Source: a virus
Virus record (IMG/VR): IMGVR_UViG_3300044613_003770
Coordinates: 1 to 64,000 of that record
DNA: 64,000 bases
Direction: 5' to 3' (one strand)
Below, in pieces: positions 28,277 through 39,528 of the stretch. The number at the start of each line of letters is the position of its first letter. Within the stretch, counting starts at the first letter, position 1. The notes under the pieces are model-generated. The model ran no database searches. It was not told where the DNA came from and saw only the letters and a list, made by a program, of their open reading frames with translations. A program made the translations under genes and the position numbers.

Positions 28277-28840
28277 ATGAGTGAAACACCAGAAACAGAT
28301 GCAGCTCAAATCTTTTTAGGGTTTAACCCCGATGAAGGTGACTATTTTGTGCCAGCAGAAATTGCTAGTGAGTTAGAACGCCAGCGCAACGAGACAAGTC
28401 ACAATCTCGCTTCAATTGTCGCCGCAATTCTCAAGCGGGATGGTCGAGACGTTTTCGACATGTCGGCAACCGACCGCCTTGCAGAGCTTCATGCCGCAGA
28501 GCGTCAGCGCAACGAAGCAGTTGACAACTATGAAACTGCCGTGCTACGTGAACATCGTATGCAGGAGCAACGCGATGAAGCATTAAGCGATTTGAAAATT
28601 ACTCAAGAAGCATGGATACAAGCCAAGGTAGAAAGAGTAGAAGCATTACGTGAACGCGATGAAGCAAGAGAGACTGCTGAAAGGTATCGTTTAGAGGCGA
28701 ATGCTATGATGATGCAACGCGACAGGCTGGCTGAGGCAATACGAAAACACAGAGATGAGCTTGAACTAACGTCTGGTGATTCTGTTGACAGGATTTTATG
28801 GAACGCACTCGCTGCCGTGAAAGGAGAAAAAAATGAGTGA
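28277..28840 (+). CDS. coiled-coil hypothetical protein
   Basis: MSETPETDA N-terminus, repeated (E/Q)RDEA / ERQRNE units. Confidence 0.7.
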   Translation: MSETPETDAAQIFLGFNPDEGDYFVPAEIASELERQRNETSHNLASIVAAILKRDGRDVFDMSATDRLAELHAAERQRNEAVDNYETAVLREHRMQEQRDEALSDLKITQEAWIQAKVERVEALRERDEARETAERYRLEANAMMMQRDRLAEAIRKHRDELELTSGDSVDRILWNALAAVKGEKNE

Positions 28841-29560
28841 TACTAAAAAAACTGAAAAGAGAATCAAATACCTCGAAAAGAAACTTGCTTCATATAAAGA
28901 ACTCTTTGAAGAAAGTAAAGTAATAATTAATAAACAAAGAATGGATGTTATTCGTGAACGAGCTTGGCGAATAAGTTTTCGGAAACTGATGCAGGAGGCA
29001 GTTGAAGATGATGATTTTCAACATCTTTAAAAATATTAATATAACAAAATTATGCCAAACTTTAGAATTGTAAAAGAATATCGCAATAGAAACTCTAAAT
29101 TAAGTAAATATAAATTTTACATTCAAAAAAAATGGCTTTTTGGGTGGAATGATGTTGTTCCTTATGATATTGATTCTGAGTTTTATGGCAGGGGATTGAG
29201 TTGGGATACTTTTGAAGAGGCACTTGAAATTTATCGTGAAATTGAAGAAGTTCTCAAAATCCAAAGAAAAAAAACAGAAGTTGTTTGGCCTTCACCTCGC
29301 CGCGAATTTTAAATTAATTTAATACTAGAATGACTAAAGAAGAATTCCTTTTTCAGCTTTATGAAATTGCCGATTATCCAGAAAATTGGCTTGACAAACC
29401 CAATGTTGTATTCAATAATCAGTACCCGCGAGACATGATGGAAACACCAGATGGTCTTGCTAAACTTAAAGAAATGATTGAATTCCTAAAAAAAGAAACA
29501 TTTTAATTATAAATAGACAAATTTTATTCTTGGGGTAAAGATAATGTGTAAATATTTTTG

Positions 29561-32500
29561 ATGGAATATAAGATACAAACCTTTATTTTTAATGAAAAAA
29601 ATCAAACAGAAAAAACTTTAAAACTTGAAAAACAAATCAATGAAATTTTTCTTGTTTCTAATGAAGAACAAAAATTATTAAAACAGTTTGATTCTTTCAA
29701 AGATAATATAAAAAAATATGAATTATTCGTAATTAATAGTGATTCAGAAAATAGATTTGATCATTGGATCAATATTGGCGAAGATACGCATTTTAATGAC
29801 CGCTTTTTTAAAGCGGTTGATTTGTTTGATGGGGATGTGTTTTTTTATATTGATTGTGATTCAATTTGTAATGATTGGACAAATTTAATAAAAAATTTAG
29901 AAAAATTTCATAAACAAAATAATTGTGGTATCTATTCTCCGAATATAATACCAACACAATATCATTCTTCAAAAAATGATATAAAAGAATTTTTAATAAA
30001 TTCAAATACTCAAATCGTATCAACAATAGATAAAAATTGTTGGTCTGCGGATAAAACAATAATAGATGAATTCGACAAATATTGCAGACCCTTTTTAAGG
30101 GAAAACAAACATGGAATATGTATAAATTTACTATTGTCATCAATATCTCATTTTAAAAATAAACCAGTTATAAGAGATTATAATTTTACAGTAAATTCTA
30201 ATGTTGATTTAAATTCTAACACATCTATTTTGGGTACTCTTTATATTAATGAGTTAGATACAAGAATACAAAATATATTTTTAGCAACAACTAAAATAAA
30301 GGAAGTGTCATTTGATTTTAAACAAAATTTTCTAGATGAAATAGGTATGTATCAGTTTGATAAAACTCAAATAAATACACCAGTTTATTGCATTAATCTT
30401 AAAAGGGCAAAAGAACGTAAAAAATATATTACCGAAGAATGGATTATTAAAAGAAATGTTCCAGTGACTTTTTTTGAAGGCATAGATTGTGAAGATATTG
30501 ATGAATCAAACTATGATCAAATACCAGAACCTTTTAGACAGAATTTAATTAATGCTAATGCAAATAAATATCAACGTTCAAATTTAGGTTTTGACCACGA
30601 TGAATTAAAAATGGGTGAAATTTGTTGTTCGATATCTCACTGTTTGCTTCTAAAAGAATTAATAAATCTTGGTGTTGATGAAGCAATAATAATAGAAGAT
30701 GATGCAGAACCTTTATTCGAAAATATAACTGATTTATATAGAAGAATAAATAAATTCAAAATCGATATGAATGGTATTAATGTAATGCTGCTTCATGAAC
30801 CAAGAAAATCTGATTTTTCAATAAATGAAGATAGACAAGATTTCTGTATTCCAAATGATCTTATATATTGTACACAATGCATTTATTACACAAGACAGGG
30901 TATGATAGATTGCTATGAACACGCATCTAAATTAATTTTACCAATGGATTGGACTTGGGTTTTTGGATTTATTGAAAACAAACAGATAGGTTTAATAAAA
31001 AATCCAATCACTGAACACAACATAATGACAACATATGTTAATTCAGATAATCAGTATAGATTATATATTCATAAAAATAAATGTATAATAGATGAAAGAT
31101 TTAAAAAATTTAGAAAAAAGTATGATAAAAAAAAGCATCCTTTTTATAATGAAGGATTATTTTTAGAAGAATATTTCTATAATTTCTATCAAAAAAATAA
31201 AAATAAATTTGACGAGATTGGCTATACTTATTTACCTATTTTTTGGACTGACACTTATTTATTAAATTCAGATAACAATCAAAAGATATATAAATTAGAT
31301 GAATCTTTAAGAAATTTTAGAAAAATAAATCCATCAGAGAAATATTTTGTTGTTTGTCAACACGATGATGCCCCAAGAGAATCATTACCAAGTAATACTG
31401 TTTTATTTTGTGCAGGAGGTAATATAAAAAATTCGATACCAATACCATTAATATCTGAAGCAAAAATAGAAAATGAAATCACATATGAAAAAGACATTTT
31501 TTGTAGTTTTGTTGGGTCGATTACACACCCATGTAGAGATAAAATATATGAAATATTTTCAGAAAGAGGTGATTATAGAATAATTACTAAAAAATGGTCC
31601 AAAGAAATAAGCGATAAAGAAAAAAATTTATTTATAAATATTACTAAAAGAAGTAAATATACATTATGTCCACGTGGTTATGGACCTACTAGTTGGAGAT
31701 TGTATGAAGCAATGCAGCTTGGATCAGTTCCTGTATACATATACGATGAACCGCATTTACCTTATAAAGATCAAATAGATTGGGAAAAGATATGCGTTAT
31801 GATTCACATAAATGATATACAAAATATAGATAAAATTTTAAAATCTATACCAGATCATGTATATAATGAAATGATAACAAATATACAAAAGATATATCCA
31901 CTCTATTTTAATTTAGAATACATGTGTCAGTATATTTTAAATAATTTAACATCAAACAATACCTTAAACAACATTCAGATTAATGATTTTATAGATCCTC
32001 AAACAGATCCTCAAATAGATGCTTTTATTTTTAATTGGAAAGGTCAATTACAAAAAACATTAAAAACAGAATCAGAACTATGTAAGATATTTGATAAAGT
32101 TACTGTAATAAATAGTGATGATGGTAATAAATTTGATCATTGGATCAATATTGGTGAGGATGCATATTTCAGTGCGCAATTTTTAAAAGCATTAGAATTA
32201 TTCGATGGAGATATACTTTTTCATGTACAAGGGGATGTTACATATGATAACTGGTCGTCAATCATAGAAGATGCTAAATTATATTATAAAAAATATAAAT
32301 ATGGTATTTATTCGCCCAATGTTGATTACACTCATTGGGATTCTACAAGAGTTGATATTGATTCATTTGGAGAAATGGATAATGAAAAATTGAAATTAGT
32401 TTCAATGACAGATTGTAGTTGTTGGTTTATTAATAAAGAAATCATAAATGAATACAAAATAAAATATTCGGATAGTTTCAAAAAAAATAAATATGGTTTT

Positions 32501-33637
32501 GGAGCTGATTTAATTAATTGTGCAATTTCTTTTAAAAAGAATATGCCAGTTCTTAGAGATTATAAATATACAGTAGATCATCCAGAATCAACCAATTATT
32601 CTTCTAAAGATGCAAGAATAATGCTAGAAGAATACATCGAAACTATTAAAGATGAAGAATTAAAATTTTTAATTAAAAAAATTAGAAATTGTGAAATTTA
32701 TGAACTCAAGGGTTATTTAAATTCGAATATAAAGTATAGTGAAATCATTAATAGCCATGTCGGAGATCATTACAATGGGTGGGCCTATATTATTAATAAA
32801 TTAAAATCTAACATAAATCTAGACGACGATGGAATAATTTTAGATGGATTTGCCGACAATTGTTTATGGGAAAAAGAAAAAAAAACAATACAAAAACCTT
32901 GGATCGGAATAGTCCACGCTTGCGAAATAAGTCCCACTGATAAAAATCAAACATGCATAGATGCATTTATTAATAATAATTGGTTCATACAAAGCTCACC
33001 ATTTTGTATCGCTTTGATTACATTATCGAGTCATCACGCAAAAATTTTACAAAAAAAAGTAAATGTGCCAGTATTTAATACTACTCATCCAAAAGAAACT
33101 AGTCAAACATTTGATATTGATTCATATTTTGAAAACCCATCGATAATGCATAGTGGATTTTTTAATAGAAATTATTCAAATCTTGCTAGATTTAAAACAT
33201 CGATTCAAAAAAATATAAATATTAATAAAATTTGGTATATTGAATCAATGAATGATTGTTTTAAATTAAATGATGTTGATGGTAATGATATAAATTCATT
33301 ATGTATTAATAATGTTTTTTTAAATGATGAAGATTATATTAAAAATTTATGTAAAAACATTGGATTTTGTTATTTTTATGATGCTGCAGCAAATAATTCA
33401 GTTTTAGAGCACATCATGAGTAATACTCCAATTATTGCTAATAAAATACCTTCTACAATAGAATATCTTGGCGAAGAGTATCCTATGTTTTATGAAAATA
33501 TAAAAGATAATCCAGATAAATATTTACTTGATAGAAAATATATTCAAAAAGTATCTGATTATTTAAAAAATAGGTCAAATAATGATATATTTAAAATAAA
33601 TCATTTTATAAATTTCATGAGAACATTAAAAATTTAA
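29561..33637 (+). CDS. multidomain glycosyltransferase (GT-like repeat + GT25 + exostosin/GT47 + C-terminal GT-like)
   Basis: YCINLKRAKERK...GEICC.ISH...IIEDDA (GT25); SFVGS.TH..R...LCPRGYGPTSWRLYEA..LG.VPVY (exostosin); duplicated INSD..N.FDHWINIGED domain. Confidence 0.85.
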   Translation: MEYKIQTFIFNEKNQTEKTLKLEKQINEIFLVSNEEQKLLKQFDSFKDNIKKYELFVINSDSENRFDHWINIGEDTHFNDRFFKAVDLFDGDVFFYIDCDSICNDWTNLIKNLEKFHKQNNCGIYSPNIIPTQYHSSKNDIKEFLINSNTQIVSTIDKNCWSADKTIIDEFDKYCRPFLRENKHGICINLLLSSISHFKNKPVIRDYNFTVNSNVDLNSNTSILGTLYINELDTRIQNIFLATTKIKEVSFDFKQNFLDEIGMYQFDKTQINTPVYCINLKRAKERKKYITEEWIIKRNVPVTFFEGIDCEDIDESNYDQIPEPFRQNLINANANKYQRSNLGFDHDELKMGEICCSISHCLLLKELINLGVDEAIIIEDDAEPLFENITDLYRRINKFKIDMNGINVMLLHEPRKSDFSINEDRQDFCIPNDLIYCTQCIYYTRQGMIDCYEHASKLILPMDWTWVFGFIENKQIGLIKNPITEHNIMTTYVNSDNQYRLYIHKNKCIIDERFKKFRKKYDKKKHPFYNEGLFLEEYFYNFYQKNKNKFDEIGYTYLPIFWTDTYLLNSDNNQKIYKLDESLRNFRKINPSEKYFVVCQHDDAPRESLPSNTVLFCAGGNIKNSIPIPLISEAKIENEITYEKDIFCSFVGSITHPCRDKIYEIFSERGDYRIITKKWSKEISDKEKNLFINITKRSKYTLCPRGYGPTSWRLYEAMQLGSVPVYIYDEPHLPYKDQIDWEKICVMIHINDIQNIDKILKSIPDHVYNEMITNIQKIYPLYFNLEYMCQYILNNLTSNNTLNNIQINDFIDPQTDPQIDAFIFNWKGQLQKTLKTESELCKIFDKVTVINSDDGNKFDHWINIGEDAYFSAQFLKALELFDGDILFHVQGDVTYDNWSSIIEDAKLYYKKYKYGIYSPNVDYTHWDSTRVDIDSFGEMDNEKLKLVSMTDCSCWFINKEIINEYKIKYSDSFKKNKYGFGADLINCAISFKKNMPVLRDYKYTVDHPESTNYSSKDARIMLEEYIETIKDEELKFLIKKIRNCEIYELKGYLNSNIKYSEIINSHVGDHYNGWAYIINKLKSNINLDDDGIILDGFADNCLWEKEKKTIQKPWIGIVHACEISPTDKNQTCIDAFINNNWFIQSSPFCIALITLSSHHAKILQKKVNVPVFNTTHPKETSQTFDIDSYFENPSIMHSGFFNRNYSNLARFKTSIQKNININKIWYIESMNDCFKLNDVDGNDINSLCINNVFLNDEDYIKNLCKNIGFCYFYDAAANNSVLEHIMSNTPIIANKIPSTIEYLGEEYPMFYENIKDNPDKYLLDRKYIQKVSDYLKNRSNNDIFKINHFINFMRTLKI

Positions 33638-33642
33638 TAATT

Positions 33643-34308
33643 ATGACTATTTATGTTGCTTATTCAAAATCGCATGAAGTATTTAAACCATGGTTTGAAT
33701 CAATATATAAAATTTATCCAGAGATAAATATCAAATATTTTATTTTAGATCAAAAATGTCAAACTGGTGAATTTAGAGAGCGAGGATGGGGCGAAGCGAC
33801 TCGCCAAAAATTAAAAAAAATGTTAGAAGCATTTAATGACCCACTGAATAAAGATGAATATTTTATATTTAGTGATATAGATATACAATTTTTTAATAAA
33901 TTCGATGAAATAATTGAAAATTTATTGCAGGATAATGATTTTTTATTTCAAAACGATCATGCTGCAGGTTTATGCACAGGATTTTTTGTGGCTAAAAAAA
34001 ATAGAAAAGTAAAAAAAATCCTTAAAAATGCGATTAAATATTTTGAATTAGGAGATCAACCTTCAATACAAGAAGCTTTGCGTAGAAATCCAAAAGTTAA
34101 ATATAAATTATTACCAGATGAATTTTTTACTATAGGGTTATATTGCGGGAAAACACCTTGGAAATCAGAACAAGAAAGAAAAATTTTTAATTTTAAAATA
34201 CCAGATAACATTATCATGCATCATGCAAATTGGACTAATGGAATTAAAAATAAATTAAGATTATTAAGTTTAATTAAATATTCATACGAAAAAATAAATC
34301 ATGAATAA
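33643..34308 (+). CDS. nucleotide-diphospho-sugar transferase (GT77-like)
   Basis: FSDIDIQF, FQND, CTGFF, DQ, HHANW...K. Confidence 0.8.
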   Translation: MTIYVAYSKSHEVFKPWFESIYKIYPEINIKYFILDQKCQTGEFRERGWGEATRQKLKKMLEAFNDPLNKDEYFIFSDIDIQFFNKFDEIIENLLQDNDFLFQNDHAAGLCTGFFVAKKNRKVKKILKNAIKYFELGDQPSIQEALRRNPKVKYKLLPDEFFTIGLYCGKTPWKSEQERKIFNFKIPDNIIMHHANWTNGIKNKLRLLSLIKYSYEKINHE

Positions 34309-34551
34309 ATATGAAAATTTTATTTATGGTTTATAATGAAAAAATATCTTGACATTGGGTAAATTTATGGTAATTTCGTCTCATGAAAGAGAAAGACGAA
34401 CTTTTAAAACTTATACAAATTTGGACTGGTCGAGAAGAAGCTTCGGCAAAAGTTTTTCTTGGATTTATTAGTTTTATTTGTGTTTTATTGGTTGTTTCTG
34501 GTTTTTTTATAATTTGCGAGGTTGCTGAATTTATTTTTAATCTTTTTTAAT

Positions 34552-34818
34552 ATGAAAGAGTTCCCCAATGGATTTGCTTCGTGGCAAGAGACTCATTATG
34601 AAGTCGTTGCCGCTATTACTAACGAAATTGCTGACGATCTTAATAGCGAATTTCGTGAAGATTTAGTTCATAAAACCTTGAGAGAGAATGGCCATGGTGG
34701 TCTTTACGAACTTGCTGAAGAACTCACCGATGAATTTGAATTACTCAATAAAGATCGTGAGTGGGATGGTGAATTTTTTGACGAGATAGAAAGATTTTTG
34801 GATGAAAAGTTCAAATGA
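34552..34818 (+). CDS. acidic hypothetical protein
   Basis: MKEFPNGF.SWQETHYEVV. Confidence 0.6.
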   Translation: MKEFPNGFASWQETHYEVVAAITNEIADDLNSEFREDLVHKTLRENGHGGLYELAEELTDEFELLNKDREWDGEFFDEIERFLDEKFK

Positions 34819-35187
34819 AGATTTAATTAATGCTTTAAAAGAAGCTGCAGATAGAATTAAAGAACTTGAAAAAGAAAAACAAGAACTATACTGCAAGGTT
34901 CGTGAGCTTGAAATGTCTTTAGATGATTTAAGAGCGGCAATTATTAGATGATATGAAAATGAAACCTAATAAATTTGTTTGTATTATTAGTTCACCATTT
35001 GAACATACTATAAAGACCGCTGATAGTTTTGCAAGTTTTCCTAAATGGGTCAAAGACTACATTAAAAAACAACATAATAAAGGAGAATGGATTCTATTTA
35101 AGGCGGGTGATGATGGTAAAATTCATCGTTGCTATTCAAATGGAAGAAAAATATTGACTTAGAACCTAATATAGCTAAGATTAACTC

Positions 35188-35466
35188 ATGAAGTTGCTCA
35201 CCGAATATAGTAAACACAAATATGACTTCACAATCAAACACAGAGAAGGAGACATTGCAATCGCATATGGAAAACATCGAATCCATGAGCATGACAATTG
35301 GGAAGTTATCCGCATCCGCAGTCACAATGGACTCCAGATGGGAGACAACTTCGTTCCTCCCGCCGAATTTGGACCTTCAGATCGGGAATGGGGTGTGCAT
35401 GGATTCACAGCACTAAATGAAGCACACGCTTTCGACATTTTTAATAAATTAAAATCCAACCAATAA
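35188..35466 (+). CDS. hypothetical protein
   Basis: TTGACT-N16-TAAGAT-N6-ATG. Confidence 0.7.
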   Translation: MKLLTEYSKHKYDFTIKHREGDIAIAYGKHRIHEHDNWEVIRIRSHNGLQMGDNFVPPAEFGPSDREWGVHGFTALNEAHAFDIFNKLKSNQ

Positions 35467-35470
35467 TATT

Positions 35471-35947
35471 ATGGGCCTCGACATGTACTTGTTCAAAACA
35501 AAGAAAACTAATCATTCGGTTAAAGAGTTGAATGCTCTTGATAGATATGACCTCAGTCCAGATGACGAGGATATTAAAGAGTTTTTGCCGCTTTATGAGT
35601 CTAAATATGAGGATGGTCGTTATTCTATTTTTAAAGAAATCTCATATTGGCGCAAATTTAATGCTCTTCATAGTTGGTTTGTGACTAATGTTCAAATCGG
35701 GGTAGATGATTGTGGCTCATATGAAGTGTCGCAAGATCATATTGATGATTTACTTTTAACCCTTGAAAATACTTTGGCGTATAGAGACCCAACTGATATG
35801 ATGCCTGTTAGCGGATTCTTTTTTGGTAGTACAATAGTTGATGAGTATTATTGGCAAAATATGGAAGATACCTACGATAAGATTTATAATATCTCAACAA
35901 CCTTTGATTGGGAGAAAGAGAGATTGTTTTATATGTCTAGTTGGTAG
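35471..35947 (+). CDS. conserved phage hypothetical protein
   Basis: MGLDMY...YWRKFNALH.WF...GFFFG...Y..SW. Confidence 0.8.
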   Translation: MGLDMYLFKTKKTNHSVKELNALDRYDLSPDDEDIKEFLPLYESKYEDGRYSIFKEISYWRKFNALHSWFVTNVQIGVDDCGSYEVSQDHIDDLLLTLENTLAYRDPTDMMPVSGFFFGSTIVDEYYWQNMEDTYDKIYNISTTFDWEKERLFYMSSW

Positions 35948-36022
35948 TTTTTATAAAAAATACATACTTATTTAATATAATATTGTAAGCTTTTGGGTCA
36001 TCAATTAGCTATGTAAATAAAA

Positions 36023-36682
36023 ATGGAACAGTTTTTACCATATTTGTTGGGTGGTGGGGGATGGGTAAATCATTTAATTTTTTATCGTATACCTAAAAAT
36101 GCAAGCACTTCAATTTTTAATCATTTAGAGGCTTGGAATTTGCTTAAAAAATATGAAAAACTATTTCAACAGAATGCTGATAAAAGATTATATAGAAATT
36201 GGTTTGATGCCACACATGCTAAACCAGACGAGGCTTATAGAGTATTTAAAAGAGATTTAGAAAACTATTTTTCTTTCTGCGTAGTAAGGAATCCTTGGGA
36301 TAGAGCAGTTTCTATATACCATTTTGCCGAAAAAGAAAAACTATATAAACTATATGGATTTAGTAAGGGTATTGAATTCACGGAATACTGCAAAATACTC
36401 CTAGAATACAAGGATGATCCATATTTTATAGCCACAAATAAACAGGTGGACTGGTTAAAAGGGTATTGCCCCCCAAAAGAAATACTCAGATTCGAAAATT
36501 TGAATGAAGATTTCTCAAATATGCTCAAAAACTACAATATTACCCACATTAGCGACAAATTACCTCACCTCAATAGTACAAAGCATTCAAATTATAGGGA
36601 TTATTATGACTCAGAAACTAAAAAGATAATTGCTAATGTTTTTGAGGAGGATATAGATACATTAAAATATACTTTTGATTAA
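36023..36682 (+). CDS. sulfotransferase family 2 protein
   Basis: 5'-PSB RIPKNASTS, 3'-PB VRNPWDRAVS.Y, RFENL, H.N.T, D...Y.F. Confidence 0.88.
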   Translation: MEQFLPYLLGGGGWVNHLIFYRIPKNASTSIFNHLEAWNLLKKYEKLFQQNADKRLYRNWFDATHAKPDEAYRVFKRDLENYFSFCVVRNPWDRAVSIYHFAEKEKLYKLYGFSKGIEFTEYCKILLEYKDDPYFIATNKQVDWLKGYCPPKEILRFENLNEDFSNMLKNYNITHISDKLPHLNSTKHSNYRDYYDSETKKIIANVFEEDIDTLKYTFD

Positions 36683-36984
36683 GATTTTGGAGCAAGTAGA
36701 TGTTTATTCTGCAACACCCAAGGGATTACTAAACTTTCCACACATCTAACATAAGCTTCTTCATCATTGTTTTCCATATAAGCAATACCAGTTAATCTGA
36801 ATATCATATGGGTGATCTCATGAACTAATGTTTGAAAAAAGAATTCGGGGCTTTTAGTCGTTGCTTCTGTTCTAATTTTAATGGTTAAAAAATCAGAATC
36901 GCATTCTCCCCACGCTTCAAGATCATCCTCATAAATTATTTGTACTTTTCTTCCAATAATATCTAAGGATTTTGGTAGGTTCAT
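36679..36984 (-). CDS. small HEXXH metallopeptidase-like protein
   Basis: WGEC...I.I...TLVHEITH...EE; GTGTAA motif 8 nt upstream. Confidence 0.7.
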   Translation of the reverse strand: MNLPKSLDIIGRKVQIIYEDDLEAWGECDSDFLTIKIRTEATTKSPEFFFQTLVHEITHMIFRLTGIAYMENNDEEAYVRCVESLVIPWVLQNKHLLAPKS

Positions 36985-37460
36985 ACAATATATTACACCC
37001 TAAAATATAATTACAAATGGATTTAAGGAAAAATAATTTGTTTTGATATATAAATTGTCAATTAGGATATATAAAATAAGGAGAATGCCATGCCAATACA
37101 ATAATATTGTAAACTATAATTAAAATGGTAGAAAAACACCCCAAAATACACCCAAATACATTGGTTTTTTAGTGGATATTTTTACCCATTTTACTGATGG
37201 TTTCAACGCCCCTCCGAGACCAACCAAAATACCCTACAACCTAGATAAACACTAGGAAAATAGACCAACACATACCACCCACATATATAAGATAATACAT
37301 AGAGTATAATAAGAGAAATAACAGAAACAAAACAATAGAAAAAACAAAATGATAAATAATGGGATGTGGATTCCCGTATTTAAAAATCTTTTTAATTCAA
37401 AAATGTCAAATTTTTCAAAAAAACCCTTGTTTTATAGAGTATTTCTGTTATAGTACTATC

Positions 37461-37697
37461 ATGAAGTTTGCGTTATTTAGCTTGTCTGTGTGGGTATTTG
37501 CGCTGATCGCATCCCCAATCGTTGCCCTGTTCATGGCTTTAGTTACATTTTTTTCTTCTTTTTTTGGGTTCTTTAGGGGCATATCTGTAGGTCTAGATAG
37601 AATAAAATCAAAAGAAACTGAGCCAAATAAAGCAGATGTAGTTGACATATGGGATAAGCATATCAATAGAATGAAAAACAAACAAAATAACAACTAA
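37461..37697 (+). CDS. small membrane protein
   Basis: TTGTTT-N16-TATAGT-N6-ATG; hydrophobic N-half. Confidence 0.55.
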   Translation: MKFALFSLSVWVFALIASPIVALFMALVTFFSSFFGFFRGISVGLDRIKSKETEPNKADVVDIWDKHINRMKNKQNNN

Positions 37698-38358
37698 TTT
37701 AAAAACGAAAAATAGCCCAATATAAAAGAGGGCTTGCGAAATAATGCTTTTTATTATGTCTTGCTTTTAGTTTAGTTTTTAGTTTGGTGCTCTTAGCGCG
37801 ATCTCTATGATCCGTTTACTCAGGGTTTCCACCTGTTCTTTGAGCCTAACTGTGAACTGCTAATTGCTTAATAACAAATAAACATTAGTATGTAGTTTGG
37901 TTTTTATTATTCTGAAAACCTAATCAGTAACAATATATATTACACAAACTGCGAACGATTTTCCACTAAATAAATAAAAAAAATATGTAGCCAAACGGCA
38001 ACAATTATTAATTGTGGTCGAACTGCGACATTTTTAACTGCAAATAAATAAATCCTAAATAATGAAAGATCTTTATTCAAATAAACAACGTATGATTTTG
38101 GTGCTTTTATATCTAGTATCATTCTTTTTATTCTGCGTTTCCGTGGATTGCATATCAGCACCAGAGGACATTCCACTGTCCCAAAAACTTATTTGTTTTT
38201 ATTCGGTATGGTTGATTGGGCGTTTGAGTAATTTTAAATTATTTTAAATACTTTTCGGATACTCTCATTTAATCTCACGGTTTTATTTGTTTTTTCAGCA
38301 CCGATTTTTTTTGATAAAAAAGTGTTGACTCGTGTTCTGATTGTTGTATACTACCCCC

Positions 38359-38601
38359 ATGCAAACGCAAACAAAACAAAGAGGTCGTCCCAAAGGTAGC
38401 AACTCATTCGTTAAGCTGAAGCTTAGTGATTTGATTTCTATCGTTGGGGCCGATGGTGTCGTGCCTGTATCTAAAGTATTCTTGCGCGAAAAAAATATTG
38501 ACATCGTGGAGAATGTCTCTAAAATCAGACTCGCCGCCGCAGAAGAACCTGTAGCACCAGAAGAGAAGATTGAATTCGCAATCACCTCGTTTGAAGACTA
38601 A
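38359..38601 (+). CDS. AT-hook-containing small DNA-binding protein
   Basis: KQRGRPKGS; promoter TTGACT-N16-TATACT-N6-ATG. Confidence 0.7.
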   Translation: MQTQTKQRGRPKGSNSFVKLKLSDLISIVGADGVVPVSKVFLREKNIDIVENVSKIRLAAAEEPVAPEEKIEFAITSFED

Positions 38602-38621
38602 CCCCAACTAAACTAAACAAA

Positions 38622-39521
38622 ATGTTTGACTCCCTCATTGGTCAAGACCACATTAAAAAACAACTTCAGTTCTATGCCGAGTCCCACAAGGCAACTGGAG
38701 TCAGTCCATTCCTTATGTTCAATGGAGCAAAGGGTTTGGGTAAGACAGAATTCGCAAAGCAGTATGCCAAGCAACTGAAGAAACCATTGCTTGAGATTAA
38801 CTGCTCTACGATTAAGAACAATGCCCAATTCTTTGAGCAGATCTTCATGCCTGTTATCATGGATAACGAATTGACGATTTTGTTTGATGAGGCTCACGCA
38901 TTGCCCAAGGATCTTGTTATGGCATTCCTTACGGTATTCAATGTGGAGAGCGCAAAATCCAAACGCTTTGAATGGCGCGAGAATACATTTGAATTCAACT
39001 TCGAAAAGCAAACTTATATCTTTGCGACTACTGAGTTGGACAAACTATTCCCTCCGTTTAAGGATCGCCTTACTATCATTGACTTCAAACCATATGAAGC
39101 AAATGAGTTGGGTAGTATCCTCAAGGGTCGTTTGGATTGGGTGAACTTCCAAGACAACATCGTAGATGACATTTCCAGGACTCTTCGTGGCAATGCTCGT
39201 AGTGCAGTTAAACGCGCAAAAGAAATTGAGATGTACTGCGAGAGCAGGAACACCAAGAACTTCGGCACAAAACAGTGGAAAGAATTGTGCGATCTAGTTG
39301 GTATCAAGGCTTATGGTCTTACCAATACCGAGATTGAGATTCTTCATACTCTCAAGAGTCGCGGCGACTGCACATTGGGAATGTTGAGTGCGGCAACTGG
39401 TTTGTCAAGGACTGCTATTCAACGAGACGCAGAAACTTATTTGCTTCGTAAAGCCTTGATCAAAATCGAGGGTACAAGAAAGATCACGCCAGAGGGGACA
39501 AAAATACTGGCGAGTGTATGA
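38622..39521 (+). CDS. ruvB: RuvB-like AAA+ ATPase
   Basis: F..LIGQ, GAKGLGKT, LFDEAH, ATT, P..DR, RGNAR.A, C-terminal winged helix E.YLLR..LI. Confidence 0.75.
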   Translation: MFDSLIGQDHIKKQLQFYAESHKATGVSPFLMFNGAKGLGKTEFAKQYAKQLKKPLLEINCSTIKNNAQFFEQIFMPVIMDNELTILFDEAHALPKDLVMAFLTVFNVESAKSKRFEWRENTFEFNFEKQTYIFATTELDKLFPPFKDRLTIIDFKPYEANELGSILKGRLDWVNFQDNIVDDISRTLRGNARSAVKRAKEIEMYCESRNTKNFGTKQWKELCDLVGIKAYGLTNTEIEILHTLKSRGDCTLGMLSAATGLSRTAIQRDAETYLLRKALIKIEGTRKITPEGTKILASV

Positions 39522-39528
39522 GGGGGAA

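Noticed and set aside
20797-28823. Diversity-generating retroelement TR/VR pairs
   Set aside because: Differences between duplicated blocks are not adenine-specific and no reverse transcriptase is present
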